From the IMG/VR virus record IMGVR_UViG_3300046170_000148, positions 80,193 through 144,192 of that record: DNA of 64,000 nucleotides; one strand, written 5' to 3'. Shown here in pieces: positions 59,397 through 64,000 of the stretch. The notes under the pieces were generated by a model. The model was not told where the DNA came from. It made no database searches and saw only the letters and a program-made list of their open reading frames with translations. Every line of letters starts with the position of its first letter. The stretch's first letter is position 1. The position numbers and the translations under genes are program-made. Source of the DNA: a virus.

Positions 59397-60403
59397 GCCG
59401 CTGCGTCAATGACATCCATTGTTTCGGTATCCAAACCAATAGAATGTAACAAACCATTCTTGTCTTTCAGGGCACGGGTTGCGATAAGGTAAGCGATACT
59501 ACCCCTTGCATTACCGGCCAATCGACCATGAATCAGTTGCGTTTGTTTAGGATTAACCGATGTGTATTTTTCGAGTGACTCGATAATCTCGTCTACTGAA
59601 TATGCTTGTTCCGCATCTTCATTTTTTTGAAGAAGATATGCCAATCCAGTCAGAAGATATCCAGATACAGTTTCGTCTTTGTAAACATCTCTGACAATTC
59701 GTGATGATTCAACAAAAAATTCATCTAAGATATTATCCTGCATAAAATAATTATTACGGAGTTCGACAAAACCACCAAAGAGGCGGCCGCCAGGGTTCAA
59801 ACCTTCGATATCGAGTTGACAATTTTTGATGAGTTTCAAAAGTTCTAAGGCCTTTGGGTCACCATAAACTACTTCCGACTTGAAGATTTCTTCTGCTTTC
59901 ATGCTCTCTTGGTCAGCGTTACGAGACTTAAAGTATCTCGCCTCTTGTTTCTGACACTCTGAAACACTAGAGTTCATAGGGTGAGTAAAAGTGGAGGCTT
60001 TGATATTCTTCAACCCACACAGTCCAGCCATAATGCAACGGCGAAGACCATCCCATACAAATTTTTCTTCTGATGGACGGACTGCAACATCAATTACGCC
60101 AGCTGAATACATATCAAATCCACTCAACTTCTTGAGTTTGTTAATCAACTTTTGAAGACGAATAATGCGTTGATAAGTCATGTCTACATAGAGTTCATCG
60201 AGATTTACAACACTAGTATCACTAGGGTTGTATGATGCATTGGTCTTCATATTAACCAATGTCTTTGTCTTCATGTTGTCAATTTGTTTGATTGTGTCGA
60301 TAATTTCTTGAACGGAAACGACACCCGTTAGATTTGCGAGAGCTCCAGACACTTCGCTGAACTTAGTGCTTTTGCTAATTGGGGTTGTGTTAAAGTTACT
60401 CAT
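59393..60403 (-). CDS. ParB/Srx-like domain protein
   Basis: LYVDMTYQR, VWDGLRR, EARYF..RN; AAGGAG RBS. Confidence 0.7.
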   Translation of the reverse strand: MSNFNTTPISKSTKFSEVSGALANLTGVVSVQEIIDTIKQIDNMKTKTLVNMKTNASYNPSDTSVVNLDELYVDMTYQRIIRLQKLINKLKKLSGFDMYSAGVIDVAVRPSEEKFVWDGLRRCIMAGLCGLKNIKASTFTHPMNSSVSECQKQEARYFKSRNADQESMKAEEIFKSEVVYGDPKALELLKLIKNCQLDIEGLNPGGRLFGGFVELRNNYFMQDNILDEFFVESSRIVRDVYKDETVSGYLLTGLAYLLQKNEDAEQAYSVDEIIESLEKYTSVNPKQTQLIHGRLAGNARGSIAYLIATRALKDKNGLLHSIGLDTETMDVIDAAA

Positions 60404-60474
60404 ATTAATCTCCTTGATTAATTTATATTTTGACATTCGGTATGAATGCCTTACACTGTTATATATAAGACTCT

Positions 60475-61602
60475 TTATCTTATAATATCAATTTCGTCTG
60501 CATTAACATTCCAAGACTCTACAACAGACCGCAGACGATTATCCTGTTTTAGAGTTTCATATCGAGTGGATGCCTTGTTGCGCCACCACTCTGTCACACC
60601 CTCAAGACTGAAACGGTCATAGTTTTCTTTCTTGACCAGTGTGTCAGTCTCAAGGTTGAGATACTGTTGCACATTCTCATACCCATAGGTTGAGTAGTAA
60701 GAACGTTTGCGTTCAGTCAATCCCTTTGCATCAATGAAGGTCTGACAGAACTTCTTATACGCAGACTCATCAACACTCTTGAGAGAGTTCTTAATGATTG
60801 CGACCATCTTTTGTTGCGTCTTCAGTTTACGAGATGAGGCGTCCGAAGGAACAAGAGGCACACCATCATTCCTATCAACGAACCAAGCACTAAGTCTGCG
60901 GTAGTTGTCATCGTTGATTAATGGTGCGAAGTTAGAGTCTGTCAGACCATTGTGTCTCAGGAACGGCTTCATACCGTCATACTGAGATGCAGACTTGGTT
61001 GACCCATACAGGGATGTGGTCTCAAACATACAGATGTTCGCATCGTATTTCTCATTGAGACGTTCCCGTGCCATATGGGAGCAACAGATAGCGGCAAGTA
61101 ACTTACCACCAAGATAGTTAAAACCAAACGGTTGGGTTGGAACGATATTGAAGCCCATGATGCACGAGTCATTGAAACGTTTCATCACTTCGGGGTTCAT
61201 TGTGTCTAGAGGTTTACCCAACCATTCATTGCGTGGTTTGGAGTTGATAGTCGGTGACCCGAAACGAATCATACCAACAACTAAACCTGTATTCTTTTCC
61301 TTTACGATAAAGTTAAGTTGTTTGCCTGGGATAGATGACTCGACGGGTGCAGATGTGGTAATCTCCATATACTGCATGAACTCATTGAGTTTGGGTTCGT
61401 AGATAACGAACTCCATATCTTTGGGGTGCATATCAAATTTATCGAAGATGTCTTCTTCGGGGCCCATGCCAGGCAGTGAGTTGAACCCACCCATGCGTTC
61501 TAGTTTGATTGTTCGCATGTAATCGTCGATACGTTCAAAGTTCTGGAAGAACTCCGTATAGACATTCGCAGCGTATAGTGCGTCTTCTTTATTTAAAATC
61601 AT
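60475..61602 (-). CDS. DUF4338 (DruA-like) protein
   Basis: SIPGK, PFGFNYLGGKLLA, TTSLYG, SQY. Confidence 0.7.
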   Translation of the reverse strand: MILNKEDALYAANVYTEFFQNFERIDDYMRTIKLERMGGFNSLPGMGPEEDIFDKFDMHPKDMEFVIYEPKLNEFMQYMEITTSAPVESSIPGKQLNFIVKEKNTGLVVGMIRFGSPTINSKPRNEWLGKPLDTMNPEVMKRFNDSCIMGFNIVPTQPFGFNYLGGKLLAAICCSHMARERLNEKYDANICMFETTSLYGSTKSASQYDGMKPFLRHNGLTDSNFAPLINDDNYRRLSAWFVDRNDGVPLVPSDASSRKLKTQQKMVAIIKNSLKSVDESAYKKFCQTFIDAKGLTERKRSYYSTYGYENVQQYLNLETDTLVKKENYDRFSLEGVTEWWRNKASTRYETLKQDNRLRSVVESWNVNADEIDIIR

Positions 61603-61624
61603 AGTTTGCCTCATCTTAACCCTT

Positions 61625-61653
61625 ATTATACTCTATATAGCATTGAAAGTCAA
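61625..61653 (-). promoter_or_regulatory. Sigma70 promoter TTGACT-N17-TATAAT
   Basis: Read directly. Confidence 0.8.
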
Positions 61654-61665
61654 GGGGAAAAGTCG

Positions 61666-61673
61666 TATAAATA
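61666..61673 (+). promoter_or_regulatory. T4 late promoter TATAAATA for gp3
   Basis: Exact consensus upstream of a GAGGA RBS. Confidence 0.85.
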
Positions 61674-61696
61674 GAGGTATAGATTAAGAGGATATC

Positions 61697-62224
61697 ATGC
61701 CAGTTGATTCACAAGTTCAACTCCTAGACGAAGAACTAACGAGCAATCTCAATTACCTTACACCCACAGGGTTTCGTATCGTAATTGATAGAGCGCGTTA
61801 TCCAAACTTGGAATACTTCTGTCAGACCGTAACACATCCAGGCGCAACACTCAATCCTGTTGAGTTACCTACTCGTCGCATTACATCTGTTCCACTGGCT
61901 GGTGACAAGATACAATTCACTGATGTGACCTTCACAATTATTCTTGACGAAGACATGACATCATACACAGAGATGTATAACTGGATGCTTCGTAATCTGA
62001 ATGAAGGTCAGGTATCACCAAGTGAAAGACTTACCAAAGTCCCTACCTATTCCGACATCACCCTACACGTCCTGTCAAGTCATAACAATACGACCAAGAA
62101 GATTAGATACCTAGATTGTATCCCAACCAACTTAGGTCAGGTAACCTTCCAGTCTACCACAGGTGATGTTCAATACCTCACCTATGATGCGACCTTTAGA
62201 TTTTCTCAGTTTGAAATCGTCTAA
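61697..62224 (+). CDS. 3: Tail completion / sheath stabilizer (gp3-like)
   Basis: NYLTPTGF, YFCQ..PG, GDK..F, DEDM.SY.E.YNW; near gp23. Confidence 0.85.
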   Translation: MPVDSQVQLLDEELTSNLNYLTPTGFRIVIDRARYPNLEYFCQTVTHPGATLNPVELPTRRITSVPLAGDKIQFTDVTFTIILDEDMTSYTEMYNWMLRNLNEGQVSPSERLTKVPTYSDITLHVLSSHNNTTKKIRYLDCIPTNLGQVTFQSTTGDVQYLTYDATFRFSQFEIV

Positions 62225-62346
62225 TTCTTATCGATATTCTGTGCTAACTTAGCAGCGACTTCCAACCAGTATTCTTGAGCCCAATCAGACTTTGCATTCT
62301 CGTATGCCTTCATGGCATTACAGAGAAGGCGGGTATAATCAAACAT
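62221..62346 (-). CDS. Small early hypothetical protein
   Basis: MFDYTRLLCNAMKAYENAKSDWAQEYW. Confidence 0.55.
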   Translation of the reverse strand: MFDYTRLLCNAMKAYENAKSDWAQEYWLEVAAKLAQNIDKN

Positions 62347-62557
62347 CGACTTTACCCGAAGAGATACGGTGTCCAGTGACTTCGAATGTCTTATCAGCAT
62401 CCATTTGCTTTGCAAACTTGGATGTAGCGACCAACTCACGAACTTTACTGATTGCTTGATTCTGAACGATGTCTAAAGACACACCCTCAAAACGTTTAGC
62501 TCCAGTAGAACCATCACCATAACGAACTTCCAAATCAGCGTAATACATATGTGTCAT
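62339..62557 (-). CDS. Small early hypothetical protein
   Basis: GGAG RBS, 72 aa. Confidence 0.6.
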   Translation of the reverse strand: MTHMYYADLEVRYGDGSTGAKRFEGVSLDIVQNQAISKVRELVATSKFAKQMDADKTFEVTGHRISSGKVDV

Positions 62558-62721
62558 TGTTTATCTCCAATCGCATTAATAACTTCAACACCAAACTCTT
62601 TGACCAGTGTCTCTACACGGGCATCGCGGTCTACTTTGTAGGGGAAGAAGTATCCTACGATTTCTTCTCCAGTTACAGAGGTATCAACCTCTACCCAAAA
62701 TTTTCCAAGACTATTAAGCAT
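62554..62721 (-). CDS. Small early hypothetical protein (55 aa, not in ORF track)
   Basis: MLNSLGKFWVEVDTSVTGEE; AGGAG RBS; overlaps at both ends. Confidence 0.6.
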   Translation of the reverse strand: MLNSLGKFWVEVDTSVTGEEIVGYFFPYKVDRDARVETLVKEFGVEVINAIGDKQ

Positions 62722-62899
62722 TGATTACGGCTCCTTTACCAACCCAAGTGATTTCTTCGAACTTCTCTTCGTAAGTCCGACCATCCACAGTGAACCCAAC
62801 ATCGTGCAGTTCAGTGAGAACAAACTTTACTGCTTCTTTTGCAGTATCAAAGACAACGGTGTCTTTTGCTTTACCAGTGATATTTACTTCATATTTCAT
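62714..62899 (-). CDS. Small early hypothetical protein
   Basis: GAGAGAGGAAA RBS behind a promoter. Confidence 0.7.
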   Translation of the reverse strand: MKYEVNITGKAKDTVVFDTAKEAVKFVLTELHDVGFTVDGRTYEEKFEEITWVGKGAVINA

Positions 62900-62928
62900 A
62901 ACTAATTTCCTCTCTCAAGTTATATCTT

Positions 62929-62957
62929 ACATTACCAAATTAAACAGATAATGTCAA
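62929..62957 (-). promoter_or_regulatory. Sigma70 promoter TTGACA-N17-TAATGT
   Basis: Read directly. Confidence 0.7.
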
Positions 62958-62966
62958 GCACTTTTT

Positions 62967-63122
62967 TTACTCAACTTCATATTCTTCAATAACAGTTGCT
63001 TCAACAAAACCCTTCTCAACGAAATAGGCAGCAGCACCCTGTGCCTCTTGTTCAGTCTCTAGTGCTTCAAACATACCAGCCAGAACCCGTCCAGTAGCAG
63101 CGTCTTTAACCAAGTAGTTCAT
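62967..63122 (-). CDS. Small early hypothetical protein
   Basis: Start corrected to MNYLVKD after an AAGGAA RBS. Confidence 0.65.
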   Translation of the reverse strand: MNYLVKDAATGRVLAGMFEALETEQEAQGAAAYFVEKGFVEATVIEEYEVE

Positions 63123-63152
63123 AACGTTTCCTTTTCTCTCAACTACATATAC

Positions 63153-63181
63153 ACCATACGACATTTATCAGAGAATGTCAA
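63153..63181 (-). promoter_or_regulatory. Sigma70 promoter TTGACA-N17-TATGGT
   Basis: Read directly. Confidence 0.75.
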
Positions 63182-63203
63182 GCACTTTTTTCAAAAAAAA
63201 AAG

Positions 63204-63234
63204 CAAAAAAAGGGAGAGACCGAAGTCTCTCCCC
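63204..63234 (-). terminator. Intrinsic terminator after gp23
   Basis: GGGGAGAGAC-TTCG-GTCTCTCCCT plus U tract. Confidence 0.9.
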
Positions 63235-63275
63235 AAAATAGTGGTAGGTAAACCCTACTCTTATTTTTAGTATCT

Positions 63276-64000
63276 TTACGTCAGGATGTTCGTGACTTTG
63301 AAGATACGGTAGTATTGGTTGGTTTTAACAGTAGCCAGACCGTCACTTGGCGTAGAACCTACGAATGGGTTTGAAGCCATACCGTAACGTGTCTTAAAGC
63401 CAATTTTCGGTTGGAAGTCGTTTTCGCCAACAGCCTTGACCATTTGCAGTGGAACGTATGGGCAATAGAATACGCCGCTGTCATATGGGTTTTGACCTTT
63501 ATAACCAACGGTGATGTAATCGGTGTTGGCATATGGGTCAATGTATACACGCACACGACCATTCAGGACACCAGCGAAGGTGTTGCCTGTGTCGTCTACT
63601 TGCAGGTTGTTGCTAATTGCTGGAGAATAATCCAAAGAACCAGCAGCGGCAAGAGCGGTTGCAACATCTGAAGAACAGATGACTACGTTACCTTTACCAC
63701 GACGAGTTTCTTTAGCAATTACATTGGCTTCACGGTCGATTTGAACCGTCAGACCTTTGAATTTCTCAGCAGACCAACGACCATCGGCATCTGAACTCAG
63801 ATTGAAGATACCATTTGAGGTTACGTTTGCTTGTTGAGCACCAGTTTTAGCTTGGCTGTTAACCGTTCTGATAACTTCACGGTTGATTTCTGCCAGAATC
63901 TCAGCAGACAAAATGTTTGCCAACTCAGTTTCGGCATCCAGACCATGAATAGCTTTCAGGTCTTGTGCGAGTTCCAAGCTGTATTCTGCTTTCAGCGCAC
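63276..64000 (-). CDS. 23: Major capsid protein (gp23), 3' part
   Basis: ELAQDLKAIHGLDAETELANILS.EI.AEINRE, FYCPYVPL, FQPKIGFKTRYG. Confidence 0.97.
   Translation of the reverse strand, partial: ALKAEYSLELAQDLKAIHGLDAETELANILSAEILAEINREVIRTVNSQAKTGAQQANVTSNGIFNLSSDADGRWSAEKFKGLTVQIDREANVIAKETRRGKGNVVICSSDVATALAAAGSLDYSPAISNNLQVDDTGNTFAGVLNGRVRVYIDPYANTDYITVGYKGQNPYDSGVFYCPYVPLQMVKAVGENDFQPKIGFKTRYGMASNPFVGSTPSDGLATVKTNQYYRIFKVTNILT

Overview
A 64-kb segment of a large T4-like myophage genome, probably marine. Nearly all genes are on the minus strand. Right to left it contains: the 3' end of the major capsid gene (gp23), gp3, a DUF4338/ParB-like pair, uvsY-uvsW, late sigma factor gp55, gp47/46/45/44/62/regA, hsp20, DNA polymerase gp43, nucleotide-sugar enzymes, uvsX, gp41 helicase, thyX, a cell-wall hydrolase, a circularly permuted two-piece tmRNA (tag ANDNYAHEDYALAA), a late csgF-csgG-curlin-FecR-CHASE2/adenylate cyclase operon, a block of probable capsid-internal proteins, a holin, an outer-membrane beta-barrel, nrdA (with a fused glutaredoxin) and nrdB, and two adenylate-forming enzymes. 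Four tRNAs (Pro, Asn, Ser, Gly) are dispersed through the window. About 19 genes or sites carry single-base insertions, mostly in homopolymers, including essential genes; I read these as long-read consensus errors and report the genes joined. The strongest candidates for new biology are: (1) the curli-pore/FecR/CHASE2-cyclase module as a phage-encoded trans-envelope cAMP signalling system; (2) the two-piece tmRNA behind a T4 late promoter; (3) a twin-hairpin RNA with identical anti-Shine-Dalgarno loops; (4) a possibly packaged nuclease/ligase/nucleotidyltransferase trio; (5) sugar-acid enzymes in the T4 DNA-modification slot; (6) a perfect antisense sigma70 promoter beside gp55. Family names come from my recognition of motifs, not from database searches.
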